A stretch of DNA of 64,000 nucleotides. Source: Narcine bancroftii. Its lineage: Eukaryota. Below are positions 26,321-40,846 of the stretch, in pieces. The stretch covers positions 236,778,001 to 236,842,000 of the forward strand of contig NC_091473.1 in assembly GCF_036971445.1 (NCBI RefSeq), given 5' to 3'. Numbering within the stretch: the stretch's first letter is position 1; each line of letters begins with the position of its first letter. The notes beneath the pieces were generated by a model. It made no database searches. It worked only from the letters and a program-made list of their open reading frames with translations, and had not been told where the DNA came from. Both the position numbers and the translations under genes were made by a program.

Positions 26321-29300
26321 CCCTCTTTTTGGCGTGTTTGTTGGTTTTAGCCTTGTGTCCTGCAATGCACAGATCGTATTTTGCAGAACGCTAATTGCAT
26401 GAAATAAATGTTTCGTCTCACACCCCCGCCCCCAGCCAAAATGACAGGGAACTTGTTGCAAAAAAAAAGGGCTCGGATTCCCCTGCTCCTGACTGCCCAA
26501 AAGTTGTGTTGCAACAAAAGCATGAAGCAACCAAAAGGCAGTTGTTTCTATCAGGGTTGAATCGGAGAGATCTGGGCATCGATTCAAAACCGGTTTGTCT
26601 TGTGGTTGAGTTTTATAGTTGCTCGAAATCGGCTACTTTTTTTTGGTCAATTATGCAATTGAATGCATTTGTTATTAAGTAGGAACAGTGTGTGTGTTTT
26701 TAATTGCTTATGAACTACATTTATGCAAGCTGTCAACTTCGACTTTTAAGCTTGAAAGTCAAAGTGTCACTGTTACTGCTTTGACTTGTTGAAATCTTTC
26801 CCTTTTGAAATTTTTGATAAAGCTTTGTAATTTGCAGATGTGCACTAGAAAGTCTGTTTTGCTCGGTGCAAAACTGAATCTTAAGTGTGTGAGCTCGTTC
26901 ATGCCAATTACAACAGTGATCTATAAAACTTCTTTTATTGAGCTGCTGCCCAACAGGATTGCATCTCGGTGCAAGTTGCTACAATTGATGCACACCTTTC
27001 AACGTTTTTTTTTTCTTTGTCGCAAGTTTGGCTTGTGGATGTAAAAGTTGTAGACCGTGTCAGGTTGCAGAGGAAATTGTGAAGAGGCTGAGGAATTGCG
27101 TGTGTTTGGAGACGTGAAACTGATTGGAACGGATGGAAGTGCGGATTTTTGTTATGGACAGGGTGGAGCATAATCATTGACCTTGGTTGGACAAGTTTAT
27201 AAAACCTAAAAGATGCAAATTAACGTGCAATATTTCAGAATTCAGTAAAATAATCAAGTTCGCCGGGAGGGATTCTCTGTAAAAGAGCCAGTGCCACTCT
27301 GGTTAGCCATCTAATAAGTTGGTTTTGATTAGGCAGTGTCATTTATGAAAATCGGCCATGTAATTTTATCTCTGGAAATCTTCCTGATACCTTGGAATGA
27401 TGTGATTTGTATGGCAAGATTATATGAACATAGTTTCTTGCTTTTGTTGTACATGCCTTGGACAGCAGTCAAAGTAAATTAAAAAAAAATCAAGTGAGAA
27501 GCTGAAATAAAAGCAATGTGCTGACTGTATCATGACGCAACTATGGAGAAGGAAACGCTGTCAATGCTTCTGGTTAACGTTGTTCTGATAAAACATGTTA
27601 GCTTCATAACCTGCTGTGTATTATGCAATTGAATGCATTTGTTATTAAGTAGAAACAGTTTAATAGACTGGGTATTATTTTTGATTGTTAATTGCTACAA
27701 CATCCCATGGACTATTTGATGAACGTAAACATTTTGTCAGATTATAGAGGTCACATGATTGTTTTGAGCAACATGTGTAAACAAATTCTTTAATTTTTGT
27801 TTCGTGACTTTGAAACAACACAACTATCAATCACTGCAATTTATTAAAGAGCAATAATTTTCGTTTTTAAACATTAGAGGGTTGCAGTATTTCTTATAAT
27901 GTAATGACAAATCTTCATTGCTAATTCAAATATAATCCAGAGACCTGATTTTAAAAAAAATCAAGTAGTTGATTATGCTGTGGACCTGCTTGTGTTGAAT
28001 TCATTTTATTCAAACTGAGATTTGTTACCAAGTTAATGGTAATAATTTCAAAAAGATGTTGCTGATAAATGTATCCGAGTGTTGAAAATATCTAATGTTA
28101 TGACTATATCTAAAAAAATTATTTAACAAAATCGGAGTTAAAGCACAGATTTGCAATGTTTAATTTATTTTTCAAATTTGTGTATTGTCCGTTATAAAAA
28201 TATAACGATTGTACTTCACATGCCACCCCGTGATGCCAGCAGCTTTTATCTGCTACATTTACGCAGTATCATTGAAAATCCAATGTATGTTGTAAATGGG
28301 GCACCAAGCTATAGTGGGATGTGGCCGGAAATGGATTTTGGGATGAATTTAAAATTTGGGGAAGTAAGATGTGAATATGAAAAATTTCCAGATTTAAGAG
28401 CAAATGGGATGGTCTATGGCAGAATGTAGAATGCTAAGCTTTAGATAACTTGGAGCAAATGGAGACTCATGCCAAAATGGAAAACATTAGTGGAATTGTT
28501 TAGAAATATGAAAAATGCTTTGGATAGTGCCAAGAATGTACGTATACAGAGGAATAGATGTGAATAATTTTATGATTGGATATGATGTAAGCTCACTTCA
28601 ATAAATGGCAAGGTTTGCGTTGATTTCAGAGAGTGACTGGTTAATCAGATGTCCAATTTAAGCTCGCTTGATTCTCTTGGCACTTTGTGAATGATACTCT
28701 GATTAGAATGTTTATTTAAAAATGTATTTTTGTATTGCTGCTTCCTTTTTGTATTTTTTTTTAAAGTGATTCCAACAGGTACACAAACTGCAGTTGCTGG
28801 GCTGTAGGAAGAACAAAGAAAGCTGGAAGGGTTGGGTTGCAGCCATGGTGAGAAACCAGCAGTTGACGCTTGGGTTGGGACCTTTCTTGTGGATAATGAT
28901 GCATGTAGTGTTCAAATTTGAAGTCCCATTTATTTTAAAACATACACGTAGGCAGTCATGTTACTACATTGCAGAGCAAATGCAACATTGCATTGAAAGG
29001 TAATTTGTTCAGAGTGAGGGCATTCTTGCCCCTGTAGATGAAAGCAAATGATCCAACTGCTTCCTAACCCAAACCCAATTGAATGAAAGTGGAGAGTTCA
29101 AGCCAAATACATTAGCATTCTTTCATGCTAAACATTAATATTGTAGCATCTGTAACCTGCTCTCGTGTATTGGTTCTAGCAGAATGGACCATACAGTTTT
29201 TAAGATGCAGTGTGGTTAGTACTCCCAAGTAAAGATGAACCTCCTGGTTATACTGACTAATATCCTGTTAAATTGTGTATAATTATGGAAAACTCTACAA

Positions 29301-29399
29301 TTTGTTGTCTTATAATTTTTGTACTTCTATAATGGGTTGCACTTGGGTTCATTTGAGTGCTTTGTCAGTATTTGGTTGAAATGATCTGTCAATACAGAT

Positions 29400-30780
29400 C
29401 AAAGCGCTGATGAAGGATTTAAATCTGGTAGATATTTGGAGAAAGGTTTTTAAAAAAAAAAAGGGTGTGAAGTTTATTAGCAGGTTGATGGATTTAGATT
29501 ATCCTAGCTGGGCTAAGGTGGAAATGGCATGTATTTCTGAGGTTAAGGTAAATGAATTTATATTTCGTTGGAATTTGAATTTGCTACAGGAATATAATAT
29601 GCCCGTATTGAAACATTTGTTAAAGATCTGAATTAAAAAAAAAAGTTTTGGGATCAAAAGATAAATTATCTATTTTAACTCCATTGTATAATTGTCAGCT
29701 TATTCCTTTTTCAATGTTTAATAATTATTTAAAGAGTTTGGATTTTAAGGGTATAAAGACAATACAGGATTGTTTTGAAGAGGGACAATTTCTTTTAATC
29801 ATTTCAGAGAAAGATTTGATACATCTGTAAATTCTTTGTTTCTGTATTACCAACTTAGAGCCTTGGTAAAGGATAATTATGGTAGAGAGATGAATTTACC
29901 CATTTTGTCGAGATTTGAGTCTTTGATTTCCCCTGTACCAAAGAAGGGTTATATTTTGGTTTTGTATAATTTGTTACAAGATAATATGGGTAAACCAGAT
30001 TGGGAAAAATCTAAATTTAAATGAGAGAGTGATTTAGTATTTATTTTTCCTGAAGATGATTGGGCGGATATGTGCCAGGATAATGTAATCAAATTGACAA
30101 ATATAAGATATGGAATGGTTAATTATAATTTTTTACATCAATTATATTTGACTCTGGAGAAACTGAAAAAATATGGGTTTAGGAATTCAGATTTATGTTT
30201 TAGATGTGATTTATGTATTGAAACTTTTCTACATGCTGTTTGGACTTGTGTTAAAGTTCAACCATTTTGGCAAGGAATTAAAGTAGTTTTGGAAAAATTG
30301 TATAACCTTACATTACCATTAGATCCAATGATTTTTTTTTGTAGGGTAATTTGATTTTGTTGAGGCGATTAGGTTTGGATAAAATTCAAATTGCTTTTGT
30401 ACGTTTGGTGTTATCAGTAGTGCGTAAATGTGTTGCGAGTACTTGGAAAGACAATACAGAGATTAATATACTACGATGGCAAAATGAATTGAAAGCTTGT
30501 ATTGTTATGGAAAAAAATACTTATAATTTACATGATAATTATTCCCTTTTTGTTAGCAAATGGTCTCCGTTTTTGAAATATATGCATTTAGATATACTTT
30601 GAATTGTTTTCAACATTTATAATTTTTTAAATATATATCATTTATATTTTTGGCTCCCCTTAAGGGAGCTGGCTGAAGGGGTGGATGGGTGGGTTTGGGA
30701 TTTATCTTGTAAAATCAAGTTTTGATAATTGGATTGTATGTTATGTTTTTTTTATCTTTAAATAAAGTTTGGGGGAAAAA
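29400..30780 (+). mobile_element. Decayed L1/Tx1-like LINE 3' end in intron 1
   Basis: ORF2 remnants (DLNLVDIWR; CFRC..ETFLHAVWTC knuckle), G-rich 3' UTR, AATAAA; internal deletion near 29455. Confidence 0.85.
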
Positions 30781-33700
30781 GGAAATGATCTTTCAGAACT
30801 TTTCTATGTATTCAGTTTCATGTTATTTTATATATATATATAAAAAAAATACAACTGCTAAGAGTGGTAGGGATTAATAACTTGTGGCATCAGCAATCTC
30901 CTGGAGGGTCTCAGCTCATTGAGCAGCATCACTGGGAGACAAAGAATAGTCAATGTTGTGGCCTAAAATCTGTCGTCAGGACTCTGTATCCCGATGAAGG
31001 TTCCAGCCTATAACATTGACAAAGTTTTTGTTTTTCTCCCACAGATGCTGCTTGACCAACTAAAGTCCTCCAGCAGATTGCTGAGGCTGGAATCTGGAGC
31101 CACAAGTGGTCTTTTTTTTTGGTCTGCATTTTAATAACTTGTATCATTTGAAAATTGCCGCTTTTTTGTTGAAGCTGATTTTGAATTTTTTATACAATGA
31201 CCAAGTTAACTGTATATGTTCTATATTGAATGTGACAAACACCATTACTAACACAAAAAAAAACTATGTGGTGTCAGTAACTGAGCAATTTAAAGTTATT
31301 GAAATAAGCATTGAAGTATAGAAGTATTTTGTAATGTAGGAAGTTGATGTCCATGTGGGCAAAGGTGAGCATGTCCAGGCAATTGGGTATCCTGGGATAA
31401 AGCAGTGACACATTGATTATGTTTTTGTGAGTGTAGGAACATGAATGAAACAAAGGATTAAAAAAGAATGTAAACTTCCCCGACCTATATCAATCTTAAT
31501 AAATGTCTAAAGACCTGTGGGGAAAGTTGCAGTGGGAGAGAGAGATGGCGGACCTGCCCTCCCAGAATTCTGTGCGGCAGAGAAATTCCTCCAAGAGTGC
31601 ACTGTGAATACCGCCCACTCCCTGCCTCACAAAATTCTGGGAGGGCAGGTCCATGGTCTTTATAAATTGTGCGGCTATGCTTTCCCATGGTCCTTTATAA
31701 ATTTATAAAGGTTTATGTAGATCAGGCCAACCACAGGGGCTGAAGGGCTCATACAGCCCTTAATTATGTAATAATTAGGCATGATTAATTTTATTTAAAT
31801 ACAAGATCATAATACATTGATCAGGATTTGGGGCAGATCCATCATCGTTCAATGCATCACTCAGACGTGACCGGTGAATAGAATCCCCTATCCCTAGGGA
31901 TGTCTTGTGATGAGTGTGAAAGGAGTCAGAGAACCAGTTAAATGTGGTCCAGTGTGAAAGGCAAAAACTGCTTCCTTAACAGGTTCACTGAATGGTGAAT
32001 AATCTACTGATTAGCCAGTGTGAAAAGGGGTAATGATGTTTGTTGAAAGATGATTATCAGAGGATACAATATGGATCATTCGTACACTTGAAAGGGATAT
32101 TGGGAAGTCTTTTGTAATTAGCCTGACCTTAATTTAATTCTTAACCTTCATATCCTGTCAATTTTCCTGCTGAAACTTGTGGAATGAGTAGTGAATCGAT
32201 TCCTTCAGCAGGCAAGAGTGCCATCAAATAAATCACAATTGATGCTGTTTAACTCATGGGTATGGGGACTTTTTTCTCATTCACACTCCAGTTGTATGTT
32301 GCTCTGGGGCCCTCAACTACACCCATTCCTTTGTTAAATTAAGTGCAATGATGAATCTTCTGAGGATCTGGAGTGATGTCAGTAGGGCCTGTTTGTGCAA
32401 ACCAAGGCCTGTGTACAGGCTCTGGGTATTTCTATGGAAATTGGGTCTGAGAAGGCAGTCAAGTAATAGGAGATGCATGAGATTCACAGTCCCAATAGTT
32501 CTCAACTTCCACTCTGGTCTTGTGGTTTGTGTAATGATGAATTCTTCCACAGATTGGGAAGGTTCATGGGAGTTGATATGCTTTCACCATTTATACACGG
32601 CTACTTTGTATTACTGCTGCTTGGATACTAAGCTCTCAACATTATTGTAATTGCTTCTTCTTTCATTTAAGTCATCATGAGGCAGGGATTCCTTGGAGTC
32701 GGTATGGATGTTTTTGGAGCATCCTTGAATCCTTTCCTGTGCACATTTCCAGGTGATGAGTGAGAGTGTAACATTTTTTCAGAACCATGTTGGAGTTCTT
32801 AGTAAAGAGTTTTGAGGTAGCTTGTAAAAAGGTCAAGATGGAAAAACTGAGACTGATATACCAGCCCTAAATCAGCCATTCTTAACATTTTATTTGGCTA
32901 TGACCCCCTTGGGACTCTGTGCCCTTCTGAGTGAAGCAGCCAAGTTTAGTTGGTCTGTACTTCTTTCCTACCAACTAGTATTTAAAAATATTTTTTTCAG
33001 TCCTTGGCCACCTCTTAATTGTTCTGTGGCCCCGGGGGACTGGATGGCCCCTGTTGAGAATGTCTAGTGTAAATTGTTGTAACTTGGAAGTTTAAATGGG
33101 AAAACCTTGTTTTGAAATTTTGGCTCACGAAAAAAAAAATGAGAAAAATCCAGTTAAATTCACATGTAATAGCTTTGAGAACAGTAGAAGGAATCCAACC
33201 ATTAATTCCATCAGATTGGAAAATGTGCTCTTGTGTACACTTAGCAGTAGCTTGAGGCAAGTTATTTCTTATTGGAATGTTTTACTGCTTATGCAGACCA
33301 ACTCAATTCATGAACAGCAACTTTTTGAACACTTCTTGGATTTAATACTTTCTGAATTGTTTTACTGCAATTATTATTCTAGTGTTGCCTGGCATGTTGA
33401 TGTTCCTGCTAAAGATAACAATTTTTGAGAAGTGAAGAATGCTGATGTTTCGATGCAACCAGGACATTGAGCCACGGGAAAGTGTAACGACGATTGCACG
33501 TGGAATGAATAAAATGGCTGGCTTCATCCTTTAATGAATATTATGCTTTCTATAATATCCTGCCAGATTTGAGAAATGAATTGAAATCTCTTTAATATTA
33601 CTGTTGGGTTTGAACTTGCATGATCTGCAGTTCTGCTTTAAAAATGATACCATCATGGCCTGTCCGATTATTATAAATCATTCGCCTAAATTTTTTTGTT

Positions 33701-34040
33701 GTGTGCACGGTGTGGTGGGGGTGGGTGGGGCAGGGGGAGGGAGGAAGGAAGGGAGAATTCGTGGTTACTGTGGAGTAAGTGTAATGGCAGATCACCTGTA
33801 TACAGTTAAATGTGACAGCGAGCATCTTAAAGCAGAAAAGAGGCAAGAATTACAAAGGAAGAATTCCAGAGCTGGAAGCAGCTCATTACAAAGCATAACC
33901 AACCGTGCAGAGGAATAGTCTCACTATTTTGTCAAATTTTGTTGATGTACACGTATGAAAAAGTAGTTGAAGGTTACTGTTACCAAAGCATATTTTAGCT
34001 GAGGGGAGCTGGACTTGCAATGTTTAATGTGTTAATCTAA

Positions 34041-34394
34041 AGGCACTTTCAGGTGGCCAAAATACCCTGATGTAAAGCCACATATTCTACTCCTATGTGG
34101 CTGTCGGGAGGCTGCCTGAAAGTGGAGAACCCGGCCAGGAGGAGCACTTGCCTATCCCTCCTCACGTCGGTATAATCTCCGGCTCCGAGAATCCCCCGTT
34201 GCACCTGAAAGCAGCGGTGGAACCTCGGCCGCAGTCCACAGGAGCTGACATTCGCTCGGATGCAGCTCTCCTTCAGCTGGCACGTTCAAGTGACAGAAAG
34301 GCGCTTTCTCCGTGGCCACCTGAACATCCCAGCTGCACTCCCCCAGCCACGTCTGCCGGCCCATTATCTGCGTCCAAGCACCTGAAAGCGGCTT
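34041..34394. mobile_element. Probable PIF/Harbinger-like MITE
   Basis: Inverted termini CTTTCAGGTG / CACCTGAAAG around a GC-rich island, AT-rich flanks. Confidence 0.5.
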
Positions 34395-34804
34395 ATTTAT
34401 CATACTGAATGATTGAAAGAAATTTCCTACAAATTCAAACTTGTGGCTTGAACTTTAGGAGCTGAGATGAGGGTTCTTGTGTCAGGGTGAAGGCCAGTGG
34501 TTTAACTGGAGATGACCTATCAGGCTTCAGTACTGGAGGATTTTTTTTAAAAGCACCCCATCTTTGTTTAACCATCTTTTTAAATTATGATAAAGATTGC
34601 GCAAAAGCTTGCGAATATAATTGGTTGTTAATGGAGTGGCGGAAAACTTTTACTTTCACACTGATTGCAAATGTATTTATGACTTAAATGACATTTGTGA
34701 TGGGGGGGAAGAAGAGAGAGAGATAGAAGGTGAACTGTGCAGTAGAAGAGTAAGCCTTGTTCACAACTACTGCAAAATCGTTGGCAGCCAAATCATGCCC
34801 TGCA

Positions 34805-35030
34805 ACTCAGCAGGATTTCAACATTGTTACAGCTCTAGCGACTGGGGCTCCAATCCAGCACTGTCTGTAAGGAGTTTGGACATTCTCCCCATGTCTACGT
34901 GGGTTTACTGCAGGTGTTCTGGTTTCCTCCCACCCTTCAAAATGTACCGGGGTTGTAGTTCATTTGGGTGGCACAGGCTTGTGGGCCAAAATGGCCTGTT
35001 ACTGTGCTGCATGTATGTCTAAATTTAAAA
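34805..35030 (+). mobile_element. SINE, same family
   Basis: GGAGTTTGGACATTCTCCCCATGTCTACGTGGGTTT core and TATGTCTAAATTTAAAA tail. Confidence 0.75.
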
Positions 35031-36319
35031 ATCTTAATTCTAAGATCAAAACATAAAAAATCTTTCAAAAGTATTTTAAAATGATCAAATTTAAATGACT
35101 AACATTTGGAAAATCAAAATCTAAAATGTACACTTAATCTGTTGCAGCTGTTTTGAACCCTTGAAATAAAAGGGGAATAACTTCTTAGCCCAGTACAAAT
35201 TGTTTTACCAGATTCCCCACTGGAAATCTCCAAAATGCAGAAGCTTTGTGGTTTTTGTCAGTTATGCCATGATATATTTTTCAAAATCAGTTAAGAGCAG
35301 TGCCACTCCTGAAATTTTGGCCTTGTGCACATTTGAGTGGCAACAAGGGCATATAATGAGGGCATTGTTGAAGGATTGAACGAAATAAGGCTGTAGATGT
35401 TGTCATCTCTATCTGAGAACCTTTGGAGAAGCTCGGTAGGTCAGGCAGCATTAGTAGAGGTAGATGGATGGTCAAAACTGATTTAGTCTGACATAAAATT
35501 TTAAGTACATGTTTTCAGATAACTTGTCAATATTGATTGGTCAAATAGTAAATGGCATAAGATTCTGAAACTGCTCTGGCGATTTATTTATTTATTCAAC
35601 GCTGCTGAATCCGGCATCTGAGTCTCTGGGTGATTCCCTTGGGCTCGTCACATGTACTGAGCCCTTGACTCCCATGCTTCACCTCTGGTGCATTATAAAA
35701 TTATAATGCCATGTAGTATGTGAAAAGAAGTGAATTGAACTTGTGTGTTGGAGTCTGAATAGAAATATCATCCACTAATTAAGAAAATCTTGTATTTTTA
35801 ACACAATGTGCGCATCTTATGCATTTTTACAAACCAGGTAGCCCCCTATGCTATATATGCATGTGCACGCTATGCGGGAATATTTTTGCATATTTTTTTT
35901 TAATGTTTCTGATTTTCACAACTCGTAAATTCAAACACACAATATAATCTCTTCCAAAACCAGTATAAATATAGACTTTTTTTATTCCCTTCCCACCCCC
36001 CTTGCCCCACTACAGCTAAGAATAAAGTTGTATAAATTGTATAGATATGATAAACAAACAAACTGGAGGGGGTCAATGGCCCCTACAGGGACCTAGGAAA
36101 AAGCTTAGGAGAGAGGGAAAAAAAATCCAAAGTAACCGAATAAGCAAAGGTAAGGAATAAAAAGAAAAAAAAAGACTAACGGAGCATGTTGTCTGCAGCA
36201 CATCCCATGTCTTTGATCCAAATCGTTTCTCTGATGGGAAAGATTGTTTCAGTCCCCTTGCTCCGAAGGGGAAATGTTGAAAGAACGCATGCAATTTATA
36301 GTGGATGTGGGAATATTAT

Positions 36320-36572
36320 AGTAGCATTGAAAGAATGCGCACAATTTATAGCAAGCATGGGAATATTACAGTGAGCGTGGGAATTTAATAGCGGCATTGA
36401 AAGGATGCGCACAATTTATAGCAAGCATGGGAATATTATAGTGAGCGTGGGAATTTAATAGCGGCATTGAAAGGATGCGCACAATTTATAGCAAGCATGG
36501 GAATATTATAGTGAGCGTGGGAATTTAATAGCGGCATTGAAAGAATGCGCACAATTTATAGCGGGCATGGGA
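36320..36572. repeat. 70-bp tandem repeat, ~3.5 copies, probably within a mariner-type relic (~35790-37215)
   Basis: GCGCACAATTTATAGC at 36337, 36407, 36477, 36547. Confidence 0.9.
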
Positions 36573-38132
36573 AATTTTGATCTTGGGAATAACTTTTTGA
36601 CCTGAGTGCCATGGTATTTCAAGAAACAGATCTTCTGGCTAGGGCACTGAATCTTACCACTGTTAATTGTCCAGACCTGAGGGAGGAGATAAACTGACCA
36701 GATAAGGAACTTGACTGTTAAATCATCCTCATTATATCAAATCAAACCATAAAATTCTCAATTGTACACTTTTTAACAAAGTAAGGGGTTTTTTTTTAAA
36801 GAAAGGCTTTTTTAAATCATGACAGAATTAAAATCCTGCATAGCTCTGAAGGTTATCTTCGATCTATTTAATTGATTTTTCGCCAAAGCTTGTTAATGTG
36901 TTGCAGGAGGACATCATCTATGTAATGGCAATTGACAACTCGGTGGGGGGGGTGGGGGGGGTGGGGGGGTGGGGGGGGGGGTGAGGAGACAGGTGTTGAA
37001 TGGGTGTAAATTGCGGGAGATTAACTATGGAAGATAGTGGGACGATGGAATTTGTTTTTATGTCCCAAGTAAATGCGAATTGCTCTTGTAAGTCAGAATG
37101 TAGAATACTACACCCACACAGAATATGCGAATGCACTATACAAAAATATTTTTACTCAGTATATGATTTTGTGCGCATTATATACTTGTGCGCATTTTAG
37201 GAGTGAAAATACTGTGTCTGAAATCTGCTTCTGATAGATACCTTCTATTGTCAACCAAATCCTAGTCTCGGTTTATTTCTGTAATACTAAGCAACTGAAA
37301 CGGCTAAAGCGTGTTTGCTGTTCATTGGAAATTAATGTGCTCATGAATGTCTTGATATTTTTCAGTTCCTGAATTGAATCAAAAATGTTTTTATTGGAAA
37401 ACACAAAGGACCAATCAAAATTTAAAAAGCTAATTTTCAATTAAATGGAGGATTTAATTTCCACATTTGAGGCAGATATTATTCTTATTCTCTTTGTGAT
37501 CTCAACTTTAAACTGTAAATTCCTGTGGATTCCATGAAACCACTTATTAAATAGGTTTTGTTATCTACATGAACAAATCCATCTGATTAAGGACAAAAGT
37601 GTAATCAACCTTTCCGTCCAAGAGCAATCTTGTATTCTGTAATTTGCATCCCTCTAATCCTTTGACAATAATATTTATTGCTTTAATATGTATTTGTACT
37701 GTTTTCCTGTAATACTGAAATTGAACTTTCTTGGGGCATCATCATCAAACATGTTTAAAAGGGATTACATTTAAATATCCAATTAAACCCTAATGTTGAT
37801 GTGAAGTGTGGTTATACAGTAAGGATGTGCATTTGATACCTGAAGTAGGATTGACATGGGGAAATCTTTGCAGTGTGGTTTCTTCATTTCTACGTCACTG
37901 ACAATTAATTTCCAATAATAAGGTATTAAGTCTCAATTACTGCCCTAATTGAAAAATAAAATTAAAATCAAGTGATTAATCTCCCTTTTGTTATTTTGTT
38001 CAAAATGTTTTTTTTAAATCAGTGGAAGAACTAGCTTGAGGATGAACAAAATACTGAATGTAAAATACAGTGCTGCGATCTTGATGACTAATTGTCAGTA
38101 GTTTAATAATTGTTATGATTTGAAGTTTGTAA

Positions 38133-38315
<183 letters not shown>

Positions 38316-40133
38316 TAATGGAATCTGAATGTATCGCTTTATTTTCTGATATTTCAATCAATGTAACCAAGAAAGTGAAATATTTGTATTTTACTTTGTG
38401 TTTCATTGTTGCTGTGGGTATGGCAACTTCATTTCTAAATGCAACTTAAAAAAACAATTATAATAAGTATGAAAGTATGCTTTTAGATTTGTAAATACAT
38501 CAACTTTGTTCCAATTAGCTCATTGTCCTTGTGTTTGTAGTTGTAATAGAGATTTGAGTATTTACTGAGATTACACCTTGAAACTGTTAAGCAGTTAAAT
38601 GCAGACATCCAAAAGTGATCTCCAACATAAACATGTGTTGAAATGAAATATCTCCATGTGTTCTGCTATTTTGTGAAGTTCCCGGGTGTAATCTTGCAAA
38701 ATCATCAAACGGAAAATAATTTATGATCAACTATGGTGAGATTTTGTTTTGCTTTATTCTTGGAAATATTGAAATTAGCTGCTTAAACTTTGTTCAATTA
38801 TTAGTCCCAAAACTATAATTGTGTGGCTTGTTTTTTTGATTTTGCAAATATCCTTAAAAAAATTCTTTTTAAACCAGCAAAATAAATTTTAAAATTTAAG
38901 ATTTAACCAGAGCCCCAGAGGAAAACCCACACAGACATGTGGAGAATGTACAAATTCCTTAGAGATCGTGTGGGATTCGAATCTGGGTCATGATCGCTGG
39001 TGTAAAGACATTGTGCCAACTGTGCCACCCAATATTGCAGATGACAATGAAAAGTCTTGAGCCTGAAATGTTAACTTTCTTTTGCTGCAGGTGTTGCTTG
39101 ACTTGGTAAATAATTGTTTTATAAATCTTGTTTTTCATTTTATTTGTAAACTATTGTATCTTTCCCAGTTTTCCCCTTTATTTGCACTAATTTTTCTTGT
39201 GATATGTTTAGTTAGCTAAATGTAGTAAGTTTTTTTCTTTCATGGATTAGAATTTGAGAATTTTGAATGTGAATGGCTGTTGAGCTTGTTTTGATGACAT
39301 CTATTTGAAGCTAAAAGTGGTGCCTGACAGCATGTGGCATTAATAACATTGAAATCCACACTACAGAGGTCAATGGATCTAGTGTTCTTCTTGATCAACA
39401 GTAAACACTGTAGTTTTGTTGCTTATTGAAAACTCAAGAAAATTCTGTCATGGCACTGCTAAAATTAATAGAATTTGTATGGATTTAGTTTAGTTGAGGA
39501 ATGCTAAGTTTTTAATATTTAACTTTAAGATACAGGAAGTTGCATGGATGTACCTAAATATTCTCTTTCTTCACACCACCTAACTGAAACTAACTGGGAT
39601 GAGGGAAATGTTATAGTGGTTCTGTGATAGCATCAGTTTCCATAGTACATTTGATTAAAATTACACAATCAAATATTTATAGAATTGGGCCATTTTAGTT
39701 CTTTCAGGTCTTGGAAATCATTACTTCATTCCACTGCTCTTCTCTGCTCTTTCCTTAGAGACACACAATTGTTTCCTGTAATTAGAAACTGACTTTTTTT
39801 TAAGGTGCCCTGGAATCTTATTTCCAACCCATTTTAGCAAGTGATTGCATTTAAAAAAAAATCCTAATTCTTACAGCTGTTTTGCTTATTATCTTAATTC
39901 TGGATTCTTGTGTTACTAATCTTGCTCCACCCATTGCCTGTCTCCTATTCAACCCACACACACTCCCCTCTGTTCATCCTCTCCCTTTCCCCATTCCCTT
40001 CATTTGATGCCACTTCATCCACACCTCTCCTCCACATTTTCCCAACTTTCCATGATGTCGGGTCTGGAATTTACTAACTTAATAATCTGCCTGATCCAGC
40101 AGTGCCCAAAAATCTGTATGTTATGGTCTAGAA

Positions 40134-40538
40134 CAGGGGTGGCCAAACCGCGGCTCACGAACCATATGCAGCTTGTGGAAAATTCGAATTTTCTAGAAAT
40201 TTCGATGCTAGCCCGACTCGCACCGCCGGTCTCTCGCCCGCCCGACTAATTTTTGTAAGGTGAAATCTGATTAAAATATCTAATTTTTTTGGTTTACTCT
40301 TTTTGCATATTTGTCTCTTGGTGATAACTGACATTAATACAAATTAACAGTTTAAAAACTGCATGAATAAATATTATTGCATTTAATATGCATTTCTTAA
40401 AATTTATATGTAATTTTTGTAACAAAATGTGCAGGTAACAATAAAAATGTATGTGAATTTTGTTAATGTCCTGCAGCTCTCAAGCATCTGAGCTTTATCA
40501 TTTGTGGCTCTTACATTAAGCAAGTTTGGCCACCCCTG
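40134..40538. mobile_element. hAT (Charlie-like) MITE
   Basis: TIRs CAGGGGTGGCCAAAC / GTTTGGCCACCCCTG; perfect 8-bp TSD GTCTAGAA. Confidence 0.92.
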
Positions 40539-40709
40539 GTCTAGAATATAATTTGTGATGAGCATTTAGGTTTGCCATGGTCAGGTCTTCAAAAATACAT
40601 TCATTTGTTTAAAGAAAATGCTATTTGTCTTGGTTTTAAATTCAGGTGAAGCTTCTTGCAATTCATTTCAAGTTTTCTCCTGACCTAGTTTTACATTTTT
40701 TTTATATAG

Positions 40710-40768
40710 GTGATCGGCCTGTTAGATGTTTTCACACCGGCAAAGACTTTGGAAGAGTTTACGGATGT
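40710..40768 (+). CDS. MAPK14: p38-alpha exon 3 (VIGLLDVFTPAKTLEEFTDV)
   Basis: tatag acceptor, gtaaat donor, 59 nt, in phase. Confidence 0.96.
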
Positions 40769-40846
40769 GTAAATATGCTAATTTTTTTTGCATGGTTTTA
40801 TGTGGCATTATTGTTTTTTGAGTCATCCTCTTATTTCTCTTGGTGG

